The notes: a model not told the origin generated them from the letters alone. A DNA stretch of 64,000 bases from Methanomassiliicoccaceae archaeon (GCA_963728405.1 CAVSJV010000002.1:192001-256000); one strand, 5' to 3'. Shown: positions 29,979 to 41,652, counted from the first letter of the stretch. Numbers and translations are program-made.

Positions 29979-30908
29979 ATGACCACCGATCTTAACCGGA
30001 CGAGGGAGAAGCAACAGTACAAGATGCATGGCGGCCACGCCGCGGTTAAGCTCTGCCACTGGATGCAGCAGAGCCTGCTCAAGGGGCGGCCGTGCTACAA
30101 GCAGGAGTTCTACGGCATCAGATCGCATCGATGCCTTCAGATGACCCCCGTGGTGGACCAATGCACTCACAACTGCCTGTTCTGCTGGCGGGTGCAGGGC
30201 TTCGATCGCAAAGAGGAGCAGTGGCGCGAACCGGAGGAGGTGCTGGACGCCTGCATCGCCGAACAGAAAAAGCTAGTATCTGGGTTCGGTGGCGACGCCC
30301 GTTGCAGTAAGGAGATGTGGAATGAGTCCAGGGAACCGAGGCAGGTGGCAATATCACTGTCCGGCGAGCCGACCATGTATCCTTACCTGGGAGAGTTCAT
30401 CCGGACCTGCCACCGCCGTGGGATGACCACCTTCCTGGTGACCAATGGGACCTTCCCGGAGGTACTGGAAAAGCTCGATCCTCTGCCTACCCAGCTCTAT
30501 GTGACGGTCGCTGCTCCCAATGAGGAGGTGTATAAGCGCCTATGCGTTCCGCGCATCCCCGACGGCTGGGAACGATTGATGAAGACCCTTGAGCTATTCC
30601 CTTCGTTAGGCACCAGAACGGTCATCCGGCATACTCTGGTCAAGGACTGGAACATCGGCTGGGAGGATGATTATGCCAAGCTGGACGAGATGGCCGCCCC
30701 CATGTTCATCGAACCCAAGGGTTACGTATTCGTTGGCGATTCCCGTCGGCGCATGAGCATCGATAACATGCCGTCCCACGCTCAGATCGCTGAATTCTCT
30801 AAAAGACTAGGGGACCGCCTGGGAATGGAGGTCCTGAAAGAAAGAAAGGACAGCCGGGTGCTGCTGCTGGGCCGGCCAGGAGCGCAGGTCCAGATACCTG
30901 GCCTCTGA
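29979..30908 (+). CDS. taw1: 4-demethylwyosine synthase (TYW1/Taw1 radical SAM)
   Basis: KLCHW, CYKQEFYGIRSHRCLQMTP, CTHNCLFCWR, SLSGEP, FIEPKGYVFVG. Confidence 0.95.
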   Translation: MTTDLNRTREKQQYKMHGGHAAVKLCHWMQQSLLKGRPCYKQEFYGIRSHRCLQMTPVVDQCTHNCLFCWRVQGFDRKEEQWREPEEVLDACIAEQKKLVSGFGGDARCSKEMWNESREPRQVAISLSGEPTMYPYLGEFIRTCHRRGMTTFLVTNGTFPEVLEKLDPLPTQLYVTVAAPNEEVYKRLCVPRIPDGWERLMKTLELFPSLGTRTVIRHTLVKDWNIGWEDDYAKLDEMAAPMFIEPKGYVFVGDSRRRMSIDNMPSHAQIAEFSKRLGDRLGMEVLKERKDSRVLLLGRPGAQVQIPGL

Positions 30909-31385
30909 TCAGAGCTTCTTGCTCAGGTGCAAGGTCTCGACGTGATAACCACGGGACCCGTAGAGACCGAGCGCCTTACTATTCCCGCCGCCGGCGTTCA
31001 GCCAGATCTCTTCGGTCTCTTGGGTTTTAGCCCATTCCTCGGCCTGGCCGTCAACCTCTTGGTTAATCCCTGGCCCCGGAGTTCGGGGGACCATATACAT
31101 TTCCATCAACCAGGCTTTGTGCTCCTCGTCGCGGAAGGGCATGCTCATGGTGATCCAAACGAGCCCCACCCGCTTGCCGTCCCTCAAGGTCGGGGTGACC
31201 TTCTCGGGCTTTTTGGCCTGACAGTGGAAACGGTCGAAATCGGCCTTTGCCCTTTCCTTCAAGGTCTCAAGATCGGAGGCGGCCGCCCACTCTGAGGTCA
31301 GGGTCGTCGTCATGCTCTCGACCAAGGCGCTCAGCACTCAGTCAAGATCGCTGTTCTCAAGGTCTCGATAGGTCGCCCCTACCAT
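30909..31385 (-). pseudogene. Disrupted GNAT acetyltransferase
   Basis: ATG at 31385, in-frame TGA at 31338-31340; the acetyl-CoA motif PELRGQGL lies in a shifted frame between two compensating indels; IWLN...LYGSRGY. Confidence 0.6.
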
Positions 31386-31398
31386 GACCTTCGCGCCC

Positions 31399-33309
31399 TC
31401 ACTTCATCCTGATGGTCTCGAGGTTCATCGGGGCCCTTGTTTCCACGTTGAACTTCTTGTAGATCGAGGAGGCCAGGTCGGCGCACTTGTGCTCTTCACC
31501 ATGGCCGATGATTATCCTTTCCGGCTTGGGGTCCAGGGAGGCGACGTACGCCATCAGCTGCCGTCGATCGCTGTGACCCGAGAACCCGTCGGCGTTCTCG
31601 ATGTTCAGTTTGATCTTAACTGTAATGGGTCTGCCCCTCTCACTGAGCTGTAGTTCGCTCCAGCCCCTCTGGATCTTGCTGCCCAGGGTACCTTCGGCCT
31701 GGTATCCAACGAACACTAGGGAATTCTTGGGGTCGTCCGCCCAGTTCTTGAGGTACTCCAAGACCGGTCCGCCGTTCATCATCCCGCCCGTGGCGAGGAC
31801 AATGCAGGATTCGGTATCATGGCAGATGCGCTCTCTCATCTCCTGGGTCTCTACCCTCTTGAAGTTCGAGGCCAGGAAGGGGTTCTGTCCCATCTGGAAG
31901 ATCTGGGTCCTTAACTGCGAGTTCAGGTACTCGGGATAGGCCGTATGGATGGCAGTAGCCTCCCAGATCATGCCGTCCAGATAGATGGGCACGGTGGGCA
32001 GCTTGCCGGTGCGCATCATTTCCTCGAGGACCAGCATTACTTCCTGCGACCTTCCGACGGCGAACACCGGTATGAGCGTCTTGCCGCCGTGGCTAAGGGT
32101 CCGTTCGATGATGGTCTTCAGCGCGTTGGCCGCCTCTATCCTGGACGGTTGGATGTCGCGGTAGCCGCCATAGGTGGCTTCCATTACCAACGTCTCTAGC
32201 CGTGGGAACTTGTTGACCGTGGCATTGAACAGCCAGGTCCTTTCGAACTTCATGTCCCCGGTGAATGCGATATTGTACAGTCCATCCCCGATGTGGAAAT
32301 GGCAGACCGCCGAACCAAGGATATGGCCAGCGTTCTGGAACGTGAGCCGGATGTCTGGGGCAATGTCCGTCGTCTCACCATATTTGAGCGGGATGCAGTG
32401 GGCGACGACCTCTCGGACATGGGACGATTCGTAAGGGGCCTTCTTGCCTTCGCCGAATGACACCTTGATGTAATCCAGCTGCATCAGCGACATCAGGTCC
32501 CGGGTGGGTGGGGTACAGTAGACGGGGCCGTCGTAACCGTACTTGTATAATGCTGGCAGAAGCGCGCAGTGGTCCAAGTGGGAATGGGTGATGACGACAG
32601 CGTCCAGGTTGTCCAGCGGTTGGATCTCTGGGGCGTTGAAATAGGGAGTAGCTCCCTCTCTGTCCGAAGGGTCGACACCGCAGTCGATGAGCACCTTGCT
32701 CTCTCTCGTGCTGAGGAGGGTAGCGCTGCGGCCGACCTCCCGGTAGCCGCCCAGAGCGGTCATGCGGACCCACGACTCGCCTTCGATGCGAGGCCTGGCC
32801 AGCTTCCTCCCGACCTTCTTCAGGAAGGCTTTCCTCTCGTCGGAGATCTGCCGGAGGTAGTTCCTAATGTCGGATACGGTCTTGGAAGGCAGAGGCGGAG
32901 CGCGCACGACCTTGGGCGCCCATCCGACCTCCTTCTTGATCTCATTGAGGATGCTTCCATGCTTACCGATGACCAGCCCGGGGGCGATCGCTTCAATGGT
33001 CACTTCCCCCGTGTCGTCCTCGAAATAGATATCAGTGATCTGCGCTTCCGCAGGAATGATCTCCCGTATGCGCTTCTCGACCTCTTCGGGGTTCGCGAGC
33101 ATGGAGGGGTCCGGCCTGATGGCCACCCTCCGCCGGAGACCTTGGGCCAGCTGCCTCACGATATCATTATTGGAGGCGAACTTCTCCATATCCCTGGTGT
33201 AGATTACCACTACTGGCCCTTCGAACTCGATGGCCGTGATGTTCACATCGGAAGGAGCGATCTTCCGTATCTGTTCCTTTGCATCCTCTAAAATTCTCTC
33301 CGCGCTCAT
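31399..33309 (-). CDS. fttA: beta-CASP ribonuclease aCPSF1 / transcription termination factor FttA
   Basis: Two N-terminal KH domains, LGGYREVGRS, HSHLDH, AGHILGS, FAVGRSQE, FSGHSD; adjacent to psmB. Confidence 0.95.
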   Translation of the reverse strand: MSAERILEDAKEQIRKIAPSDVNITAIEFEGPVVVIYTRDMEKFASNNDIVRQLAQGLRRRVAIRPDPSMLANPEEVEKRIREIIPAEAQITDIYFEDDTGEVTIEAIAPGLVIGKHGSILNEIKKEVGWAPKVVRAPPLPSKTVSDIRNYLRQISDERKAFLKKVGRKLARPRIEGESWVRMTALGGYREVGRSATLLSTRESKVLIDCGVDPSDREGATPYFNAPEIQPLDNLDAVVITHSHLDHCALLPALYKYGYDGPVYCTPPTRDLMSLMQLDYIKVSFGEGKKAPYESSHVREVVAHCIPLKYGETTDIAPDIRLTFQNAGHILGSAVCHFHIGDGLYNIAFTGDMKFERTWLFNATVNKFPRLETLVMEATYGGYRDIQPSRIEAANALKTIIERTLSHGGKTLIPVFAVGRSQEVMLVLEEMMRTGKLPTVPIYLDGMIWEATAIHTAYPEYLNSQLRTQIFQMGQNPFLASNFKRVETQEMRERICHDTESCIVLATGGMMNGGPVLEYLKNWADDPKNSLVFVGYQAEGTLGSKIQRGWSELQLSERGRPITVKIKLNIENADGFSGHSDRRQLMAYVASLDPKPERIIIGHGEEHKCADLASSIYKKFNVETRAPMNLETIRMK

Positions 33310-33378
33310 GAATAATTCCAGCTTAAATCTTTCAACTTGTCAGTTAGCGTTTAATAATAATGAAATTAGAAAAAAGGT

Positions 33379-34041
33379 TTAGATGTGTTTGGCGAAGCCG
33401 ATCATCAGCTTCATCTTATTGGCCCGGTCCAGGGTCTCTTCGGCGGACAGCTCCGTGAAGCCCTCCTTGTTGATAATTGCGACCGCGTAACCGTCGCCGC
33501 TGGCGGAATCCCGCCTCATAGCGGCGTTAAGCGCCCTGATGGCCAGTCCGACGGCGTCATCCTCGGACATGCCCTTCTTGTAATGGTCCTCAAGGACACC
33601 ATAGGCGAACAATGACCCGGAACCGATGGAAACATACTCATCCCTGATGGACCCGCCTGCCGCATCAAGGGCGAAAACATGGCCGCCGGATGAGTCGTTG
33701 CCTCCCATGATAAGTCCAACATAGTAGTATCCGTACGAGCCGCCTCCGCCCCTCATGATGTTCGAGAGTAAGGTCGCCGCGGAGTTAACTGTCATGGGGA
33801 CACCTTTCTTGAGCTTGTACAACTCGACCTCCGCCTTGATATATCGGGCGAGGAGCTGGGCGTCTCCAACCAGGCCTGCTACGGTAAGGCCCAGATTGTC
33901 ATCTATCTTGAACAGCTTGCGGACGTCCTTGTGGGCGATGATATTCCCCATGGTGGCCCGGTGTTCTGTTGCCATTACGACACCATCTTTGTATACGATG
34001 CCGATGGTGGTAGTTCCCGTCTTTAGTTCATCGTTAGCCAT
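33379..34041 (-). CDS. psmB: Proteasome beta subunit
   Basis: Propeptide ending KTG|[21 protein letters not shown]. Confidence 0.96.
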   Translation of the reverse strand: MANDELKTGTTTIGIVYKDGVVMATEHRATMGNIIAHKDVRKLFKIDDNLGLTVAGLVGDAQLLARYIKAEVELYKLKKGVPMTVNSAATLLSNIMRGGGGSYGYYYVGLIMGGNDSSGGHVFALDAAGGSIRDEYVSIGSGSLFAYGVLEDHYKKGMSEDDAVGLAIRALNAAMRRDSASGDGYAVAIINKEGFTELSAEETLDRANKMKLMIGFAKHI

Positions 34042-34492
34042 AGCCCATCAACCCTTAAAATTGGTTAAAAGATGGATTTTGATTTTTCTATTCTCTCGAA
34101 TGAAGGCTGCCATATATATAACTTGTCGTATTGTGGGATGCCTAAATCGTGGAAGACGGAACAGCCAGTTGTCCGAAAACATTTGGAAGAGGGGCAGCTA
34201 AGGAGGCATGTTCAGGGCCGGGTAGGGAATACTCCTATGATTTCGCAAATCGAAATAGATTGATCGTTATCGCAGAGTACTTAACAGCCCTATCCAGTTA
34301 CTCTACCAAAAGTGAAATTTTTGGCAATAGTTTTAAATCAGTCAATGACAGTCCCAATTCTGGGACAGGTAGCGATTAAGACCACTCCTGTACACGCACT
34401 ACACTACTCGTGTGCTCCAAAACGGAAATTAGGATGGCTTCGCGCCAGGACTTCCCGTGCCTGCCTGTCTCACTTTATTTCCTTTTTTATTC

Positions 34493-35020
34493 TTATCCAG
34501 TGGGCTTGATGGTCAGCGATCGATCGACCGTGAAGCCCAGGAAGTAGGATGTTGCTATGCCGCCCAGAATGCCGGTAAGCAGCCGTAGAACATTGTTTGA
34601 CTCATAGCCACCGGCATACTGGATCCCGCCATCGATGAGGATCGGCAAAGCAAGAAGGACCAAAGCGATCCAGGAGAACCGAGGGACTAGGAGGAGCACG
34701 ATGAGCATTCCGGCGACCAGCCCAAGGAATATGCCCACATCCCTGGCGCAGAATGGCATCTGGTTACCGTTCAAGTAAAGGGACCGCTCGCTCAACTGAT
34801 GGCAGTAAGTATCGCCGATGAGGTAAACGGCCGCGGAGAACGGGTTCATCTGATCGATAGCGGCAGAATTATCGATGCTCCCAGCCCGACCGCTCAGGTC
34901 GGTGACACTTCCGGAAGGGAGGGCATAGGGCGCGGCCAGTACAATCGCTAACCAGGCGATGAAGAATATCAGAATAGCTCGCTTGGCCTTGAATGGCTGA
35001 TCCCGCGGCATCCAGTCCAA
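34493..35020 (-). CDS. DUF2085 membrane protein
   Basis: CHQLSERS...QMPFCARDVGI, IDGGIQ, ESNNVLRLLTG. Confidence 0.88.
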   Translation of the reverse strand: MDWMPRDQPFKAKRAILIFFIAWLAIVLAAPYALPSGSVTDLSGRAGSIDNSAAIDQMNPFSAAVYLIGDTYCHQLSERSLYLNGNQMPFCARDVGIFLGLVAGMLIVLLLVPRFSWIALVLLALPILIDGGIQYAGGYESNNVLRLLTGILGGIATSYFLGFTVDRSLTIKPTG

Positions 35021-35105
35021 TCAAACGCCTCGGTTACATAATCGTTTGCAATCTTCGTCCGGGGACAGGGAAAGGAACATTAACTAAAATCGTCTCACCT
35101 ATTGT

Positions 35106-35528
35106 ATGTCCCCCCTTCCCGATGAGATGCTGGCCCTGAAGAAATTCCATGGTCACCTGGGACCATATGCCGTCCTTGGATATCGGATGGGCCTGATGGC
35201 CCGTCGGCGCTTTCCCGAGAGGATATATGCCATCGTCCACAGCGGAACCAAGCGGCCGCTTTCTTGTCTGGCCGACGGCGTCCAAATGGCCTCCTGTTGC
35301 ACCCTTGGCAAGAACAATATCACGGTGTTGGAGAATGGGGAGGCTAGAGTGGAGTTCTCGGACGGCCGATCTCATTTGGAGGTCTCCGCTCTTCCCGAGG
35401 TCCGGGTCGAGGTGGATGGGAGATGTACCCATGCCAACGAGGAGGAGATGGCCCTGCGCCTCTATCATGCCAGTGAGGACGAGCTCTTCACCATCATAGA
35501 AGGGCGGTCAGTCCCGTTCGGCAAATGA
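35106..35528 (+). CDS. FmdE family protein
   Basis: FHGHLGPYAVLGYRMG, CLADGVQ...CTLGK. Confidence 0.88.
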   Translation: MSPLPDEMLALKKFHGHLGPYAVLGYRMGLMARRRFPERIYAIVHSGTKRPLSCLADGVQMASCCTLGKNNITVLENGEARVEFSDGRSHLEVSALPEVRVEVDGRCTHANEEEMALRLYHASEDELFTIIEGRSVPFGK

Positions 35529-37267
35529 ATGACACGATCACGAACACCAGGAATGCCACTGGGGTCCTGGTCGCGTAACAGTACGCAACTCCCTTCCAGC
35601 TCCTCTCGCCCATAATCAGCACAGTGAAGAAGGACACCAGGAATGAAAGCTCGCCAATGTAGATTCCTGTCACCAGGCTAATGTCAGAGGCCATGCTCCC
35701 AGCCATGGCGGCCTTGGTGCCGATGAGGGCGAACAACGCCCCGGTCACTCCGAGGACGATGGGGGCGAACACCGTTCCCGTGGAGCGCATCATCTCAACT
35801 ACGCCCCGCAGGCGGTCCTCGACCTTTCCCTGACAGGCCCGTAGGTCCGCCAGCATCTGAGCGAGATTAAGGGCGATCTGTCCGGCATAGCGGGGATCGC
35901 GCTTGGCACACTGCACCACAGTGACATAGGCGTTCTCAAGATCAGGTGACGCAGCCCTCAGGCTGCCCTCCGTGACGATGATCTCGTCGAGGCCCTTGCC
36001 CGATAGCCGAGCACGATAGTGGAGGTTCCTGGCCACTCCGGAGAACGAGCTCTCATGGAGGCCGCTGGACACATCCTCCAATGCCTTCTCGAAGGTTGCG
36101 CCCGATATCATCCGGTTCCCGATCTGGAACAAGGCGATTGGTAGCTTCCCGATCCAACGCTGCTCTCTTATTTCGAATTGTTACCTGGTCACGGAGCTTC
36201 CAGGCCAGGTATGCGCAGGGAGTGAGGATGATCGAGCCTGAGAAGGCGAAAGCCTTCAATTCACCAAGGTTCATGAGACCAACGATCGATACGGTCGCGA
36301 TCCAGGCCAGGAAAAAGGTGGGGGAGAATAGCTTGCCCAGGTCATCATTGCCCCGCACCATGCCAAGGGGGTTACGGGAGAGGATGTTCCAAGCATACAC
36401 CAATGCCGCGGCGGGCAGAATTGCTAACAATAGAAATGCCAGATAGGGGAACGGAATGGCTGGTGCCTCCTCCGCGCCCAGGGATGTCCCCAGCGACAGC
36501 AATGGAAGGATGGAGAAAAGCATGATCGGTAGCAAGGTGCCCAGGGAGAAGAGCACCATGGTCGGTAGGGAGAGGGATGCGACATAGGATTCCACCGCGT
36601 CCCGTACTCCTGACAAGGTAACCGAGTTCGCCTTGTCGAGCAAGCGGTCCATGCCTTCCTTGGTTCGTTCGCAGGTCGCCGAGACCACGAGATGGAAGGC
36701 CTGCCGGAGGGAGGCATTGGAACCATCAAAGGAGGACGACAGGTCATCGATGGCCTCGCTGAGAGAGCCTCTGGTCCTGGTGATATTCGACCAAAGCGCT
36801 TCCTTCAGTCTCTGGGATAGGATCCCCTGCCCCCTTTCTGATGCGAAGGCAACCGCCTGTTCCAAGGACGGCCGGACCTGCATGCTCATGGTCATACAGC
36901 CGATGGTCGAAGGCCCCTCTCCAAGCATCCGTCGCTCCTCGGCTAGGGCGAAGGTCTCCGGGGCGTTGAGGTACAGCGACGAGCATATTATGGGGGCAAG
37001 CAGAGAGGGGATCAGGCCATAAATGAAGACCCCTGGACCGAAGACCAGGGCAAGCAGGGCCATCGTGATCAGTGCGCCGATGGCGGTGAAGAGGAACAGG
37101 TTCCAAGCCCCTTTATGGACCGATACCTCCTCGACCTCGTTCCTGACCATCCACCTAGAACCGATCTCGGTCCGCTTGGGTCTCAGGACCCTTTCGAGGC
37201 CGTCAGGGGTCGCAAGTCCGGGCAGTTTCCCGAGAAGGCCTCGGAACAGGCGCTCACTCCAGGACAT
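35494..37267 (-). CDS. TadC/T2SS-F-like membrane platform protein; frameshift near 36135
   Basis: Multi-TM protein, PSLEQAVAFA, LFSLGTLLP, C-terminal MRSTGTVFAPIVLGV; follows a secretion ATPase. Confidence 0.75.
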
Positions 37268-39008
37268 GGCCTCCTCTCCCCTGGACATACTGGCGGAAAT
37301 CATCGACCATGGCCGAATAGTCCCTTTCCCCGCTGTCCATCCGATTCCAGAAGAACTCGTTGCATCGGAATACCCAGGGTGGCTCCAGGAACTGGGGGCC
37401 GGAGGCCTTGGCTGCCTTTAGTAGTATCTCCCTCATGTCGGTGCGTGCTTCGATGTTATCCAATGCCTTCCCGATAGGCATGTCCCAGGAGGCAGCGATG
37501 CGGGCCACGATGCTGGAGCCCCCGCTCAGGTCGACGACATGCTCGCCGGTGGCGGGGTCCTGCTTCATCAAATGGTTGAAGGAGACCTCATCCCCGCAGC
37601 GGCCACATTCCGCTGCTTCGATGAGCTTGCGAACCGACCGTGTCGATCCGCCCGGTCGGGACAGCCCCATGGTCAAGACCAGATCGGTGGCCAGGAACGC
37701 CTCTTTGGGTATGCCCATGTCGTGTACCACCCTTTCATAGACGGATCGGGCCGAATCGCCGTGGATGGTACCCATCACCGAAGACCCGGCCCGTCCCGTC
37801 CGCATGCTCTGATAAAGCGTCTGGGCTTCCTTACCGCGCACTTCGCCCAGCACAATGGCCGACTCCCCGAGCCTCAAAGATACTCTCAGGGCCTGGTCGG
37901 CCACCTCTTCGTTGCTCTGGTCCAGTCTGGTCTCCACGAACAACGATTGGACCTTGTAGCCGAGCGCCTGCATCTGGCGGGCCGGCAGCTCCAGAGTGTC
38001 TTCGATAGTCAAGATTCGCTGGGATAGGGGGAACTCGAACATCATGGCCGATAACAAAGAGGATTTCCCCGCTCCGCGGGGGCCGCAGATCAACATGGTG
38101 CTCCGGCCGTCTATCAGGAATGACAACAGGCCGGCGGTTCGGGCGTCGATGGAACCATTGAATGCCAGCTTTAGTAGCGTCCAGGGGGTTCGGGAATGCC
38201 GTCGCAACGCCACCGCCGTGCCTTCTGGCGATAGGGGCGGCCCGATGACTGTGGCTCTTGAATCATAGCCATCCACGTCGGTCTCCATTACTGGGAATGC
38301 CTCGGAGAAAGGCCGTCCGCTGCTCTGCCTCAGACGAGAGGTCAACTTAGAGATCTCCACCTCGGACACAGTGATGTTGGTGATGCACCGGCATACGGCG
38401 TTGGTACCGGCGATGCCGTTGACTGTGACATGGACCGGGTTCTCCGAGGAGGGAGCATCGACATATACGTCCTCGATCCGATCGTCCGATAACAGCACCT
38501 CGAAGAGACCGAGGCCCACGGTGTACCGAGCGACCATCTCGGACAGGCGAGCTATGGTGGCCTCTCGCTCTTCGATCCCCTTCCCCATATCAAGATCGCC
38601 CTCCGAGGTCTTCGACCGTAAAATGCGGGAGGAGCATTCCCGGACATGGGTCCGGAGATCGTCCGAGGACTTCGAGAGCACCGGTGGGGGGAGGAAAGGG
38701 ATCCTTTGGATCACATCCGTCAGGGCAGAGATCCAGGCGTTCGGAAGCCCATACTCCCAGGGTGTGACATGATACTGGAGACCGCCACCGTTCTCATTAG
38801 TAACGATGCTGACCTTGGCGCCGGCAACCTCATAGTCCTCCAGGACCCGGCGGTTAGAGGGCATTGAAAGAGTTGTCCAGCAGCCCGAGAAGGCCGGTCT
38901 CCTCATGACTCTCTCACGAAGCATTTTGGAGATTGCTCGGGAGGTTCCACTTTCTTCTTGAATCGGACGGGCCCGCCCGGCCGGTCGGACCACGACCCTA
39001 GTGCTCAT
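37254..39008 (-). CDS. Type IV pilus/secretion ATPase (VirB11/CpaF family)
   Basis: GPRGAGKSS, TIEDTLEL, LGEVRGKEA, GTIHG. Confidence 0.92.
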   Translation of the reverse strand: MSTRVVVRPAGRARPIQEESGTSRAISKMLRERVMRRPAFSGCWTTLSMPSNRRVLEDYEVAGAKVSIVTNENGGGLQYHVTPWEYGLPNAWISALTDVIQRIPFLPPPVLSKSSDDLRTHVRECSSRILRSKTSEGDLDMGKGIEEREATIARLSEMVARYTVGLGLFEVLLSDDRIEDVYVDAPSSENPVHVTVNGIAGTNAVCRCITNITVSEVEISKLTSRLRQSSGRPFSEAFPVMETDVDGYDSRATVIGPPLSPEGTAVALRRHSRTPWTLLKLAFNGSIDARTAGLLSFLIDGRSTMLICGPRGAGKSSLLSAMMFEFPLSQRILTIEDTLELPARQMQALGYKVQSLFVETRLDQSNEEVADQALRVSLRLGESAIVLGEVRGKEAQTLYQSMRTGRAGSSVMGTIHGDSARSVYERVVHDMGIPKEAFLATDLVLTMGLSRPGGSTRSVRKLIEAAECGRCGDEVSFNHLMKQDPATGEHVVDLSGGSSIVARIAASWDMPIGKALDNIEARTDMREILLKAAKASGPQFLEPPWVFRCNEFFWNRMDSGERDYSAMVDDFRQYVQGRGGHVLE

Positions 39009-39564
39009 GGTCGGGCACCACCCGGTAGGCGGTCTTGTTGACCAGTTCATCGGCCTGATCTAGGAGGGTTCGGGCATGGTCCAAGTTAGAGCGTAATGCC
39101 CGTACGCATTGCTCGCACGCTCGCCCATGGCTTCCCAGGGGGCTGGGACGGTCGGTGGCGAGCTCGGATGACGCCAGGGGCAGCGCCTCAATGACCCTGC
39201 TGACCGTCGAACGGAGGTTGGATGGGCAGGCGTCGCAGTCGTCGAAGAGTTGTTCGAAGCTCAGCCCGTTGCAGAAACGGATGACCTCGGTCAACCGCTC
39301 CATCACCATTGCGCACTCTCGATCGTAGACGATCTCCCAGTCCCTTGACAGCATGATCTCTCGGACCCCCGACGGGTCCGATGCCATCAGCCGCAGAACC
39401 CCCTTCAGGCAGGTCTGGTCGGCCAGGTCAGGGGTGTTCCGACAGTCCCGGCAATCCACAGTAAGCATACCTCGGTTCTTACGTCCGGCGCAGGCCAACC
39501 TCCCTGGAGCGTTCTTTTCTGCCCTTGCGTCTCTTCCTATGGTCCTGAAAAGGGTGATTCTCAT
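38998..39564 (-). CDS. Cys-rich hypothetical protein coupled to the pilus ATPase
   Basis: CRDC, CDAC and CEQC motifs; stop overlaps the ATPase start. Confidence 0.7.
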   Translation of the reverse strand: MRITLFRTIGRDARAEKNAPGRLACAGRKNRGMLTVDCRDCRNTPDLADQTCLKGVLRLMASDPSGVREIMLSRDWEIVYDRECAMVMERLTEVIRFCNGLSFEQLFDDCDACPSNLRSTVSRVIEALPLASSELATDRPSPLGSHGRACEQCVRALRSNLDHARTLLDQADELVNKTAYRVVPDHEH

Positions 39565-39675
39565 GGTCCCGGAGCAAGTAGGGAACGAGGGGTCATTCGC
39601 ATTCTCGCTACAGTCAGGCTACAGCCCCGGTGGCAACTGCCTAATTTTATATCGGGAATGTACCATTGCACGAGC

Positions 39676-41601
39676 ATGGAGGTCCTAGCCCCAGCAGGTT
39701 CCAAGGAGGCGTTCAAGGCTGCCCTAGCAGGAGGGGCCGATGCCATCTACTTGGGCGGAAAGCTTTTCGGGGCCAGAAGGTTCGCCCAGAACTTCTCCGA
39801 TCAGGAGCTCAAGTGCGCCGTCCAGCTGGCTCATGACCGGGGGACCAAGGTCTATGTCACGGTCAACACTCTGATAAGGGACCAAGAGCTGCCCTCGGCC
39901 TACGGGTATCTGGACCTTCTCGACCATATCGGTGTGGACGCGGTCATCGTCCAAGACCGGGGGCTTGCCCGTATGATCAAGGAGAACTTCGGCCTCAAGG
40001 TCCACGCCTCGACCCAGATGGGCATCCATTCTCCGGAAGATGCCCGATGGGCCGAGAACATGGGCATGGAGCGGGTCATACTCTCCCGGGAGCTTAACCT
40101 GGACGAGGTTAAGAGCATCGCAGATTCCACCACGATCGGCATTGAGGTGTTCATACACGGAGCGCTGTGCTATTGCTTTTCTGGCCAGTGCCTGTTCTCA
40201 TCCATACTGGGCGGGCGGTCCGGAAATAGGGGCATGTGCGCGCAGCCCTGCCGAAAACGCTATTCGCTCGGCAAAAAGACCGGTTTCATGCTGTCGACCG
40301 CCGACCTGTTCTCGGTCGATGCTCTCCCCCGCTTGATCGATATCGGAGTCGATGCGGTGAAGATCGAGGGGCGGTTGCGCTCCCCCGTGTATGTTTACCT
40401 GGCATCCAAGATATACAAGAGCGCGGTGGAGCGGGCGGAACGAGGGGATGAGGAGCTGATCACCGATCGGGAGAGGGAACTGCTCTCGGTGGCATTCAAC
40501 CGAGGCTTTTCTCCAGGTTACCTGATGACCAACGATGTAATGCAGATGGCCTACCCAGATTCAAGAGGTCTGCCCTTGGGAAAGGCGGTTTCCCAGGGTC
40601 GTTCGGTGAGGGTAACGGGACTCAATCTCGAAGAGGGCGATGGGATCAAGTTCTATCGAAATGAGGAAAAGATAGGTGGTTTCGAAGTGAAGGGGCCCCG
40701 GAGGGAGGGGGGTGCAACGATCCTCGCTTCTCCGTTCAGGCTGGAGGCGGGCGATTATGCTGCCTATAAGACCAAGGACCGAGAGTTTCCGATGATCGAG
40801 AAGATGGTGTCCTCCTTGCCCTTCCCGAGCTGCAACGTCCACAGGCGTCAGGTCAAGTTCGATCTGCCAGAAGTAAAGAGGTCCTCGGGAAAGGGTGAGC
40901 TCTCTTTCTACGTCTCTTCGGTCCCCGCTTTCAAGGCCGTCCTGCCCTACGCCCATAGGGTCTATATTGATGCCGGGCAGCATGTTGAGGCGGTCAGGGA
41001 CGAGTGTAGGAGCTCCAGTGTGGAGTGCGTCGTCGTCCTTCCCCGGGTCACTCCACTGATACCTCCGGTCCCCGATGGCCCGGTCATGATCAATTCCCCT
41101 GGCCAGGGACTGAAGTGTCATGGACATAGATTGTATGGTTCTTACTTCATGAACTTCTTTAACGCGCTCAATGTCCCTGAACTCCACCAATATACCATGT
41201 CGGTAGAGCTGTCTAGAGAGGACATCGCCGAACTGACCAGGCACTACCTGGGCCGGCTTGAGGTCATGGTGTTCGGGCGCATTGAGCTAATGGTCACCAG
41301 AGACCCCTCTCTTCCAGATGGAACGTTGATCGATGAGAGGGGAAAAAGATTCCCGATCGCACGGGACCAGGGCGGATATGCTCATATCCTGAATTCCTCC
41401 GACCTCTTCCTGCTCGACTTCATGGATGAGATGGATGGGTGGGGCATTGACTCGTATGGCATCGATCTACGGAATCGGCCCCCAGACCTTTGCTTGATCG
41501 TAGCCCAGGCCTTTTCTAACCGAGACCTGCGGGCCAAGGATAGGATCAAGCGTCGGGTAGGCTCGATCACCGCCGGCCACTATCTCCGAGGTGTGCTCTA
41601 G
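39676..41601 (+). CDS. U32 family protein (RlhA/TrhP-like)
   Basis: EVLAPAGS, GADAIYLGG, HASTQ, FIHGALCYCFSGQCLFSS...NRGMCAQPCR, KIEGR. Confidence 0.9.
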   Translation: MEVLAPAGSKEAFKAALAGGADAIYLGGKLFGARRFAQNFSDQELKCAVQLAHDRGTKVYVTVNTLIRDQELPSAYGYLDLLDHIGVDAVIVQDRGLARMIKENFGLKVHASTQMGIHSPEDARWAENMGMERVILSRELNLDEVKSIADSTTIGIEVFIHGALCYCFSGQCLFSSILGGRSGNRGMCAQPCRKRYSLGKKTGFMLSTADLFSVDALPRLIDIGVDAVKIEGRLRSPVYVYLASKIYKSAVERAERGDEELITDRERELLSVAFNRGFSPGYLMTNDVMQMAYPDSRGLPLGKAVSQGRSVRVTGLNLEEGDGIKFYRNEEKIGGFEVKGPRREGGATILASPFRLEAGDYAAYKTKDREFPMIEKMVSSLPFPSCNVHRRQVKFDLPEVKRSSGKGELSFYVSSVPAFKAVLPYAHRVYIDAGQHVEAVRDECRSSSVECVVVLPRVTPLIPPVPDGPVMINSPGQGLKCHGHRLYGSYFMNFFNALNVPELHQYTMSVELSREDIAELTRHYLGRLEVMVFGRIELMVTRDPSLPDGTLIDERGKRFPIARDQGGYAHILNSSDLFLLDFMDEMDGWGIDSYGIDLRNRPPDLCLIVAQAFSNRDLRAKDRIKRRVGSITAGHYLRGVL

Positions 41602-41652
41602 TGTGCTACTTGTAGTCCCATCTCAGATGAGGGGGGGCCCCTATCGAGCGGC

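Noticed and set aside
34138-34263. Short ORF faintly like an IS630-type transposase N-terminus
   Set aside because: 41 aa only; no DDE domain and no terminal inverted repeats found
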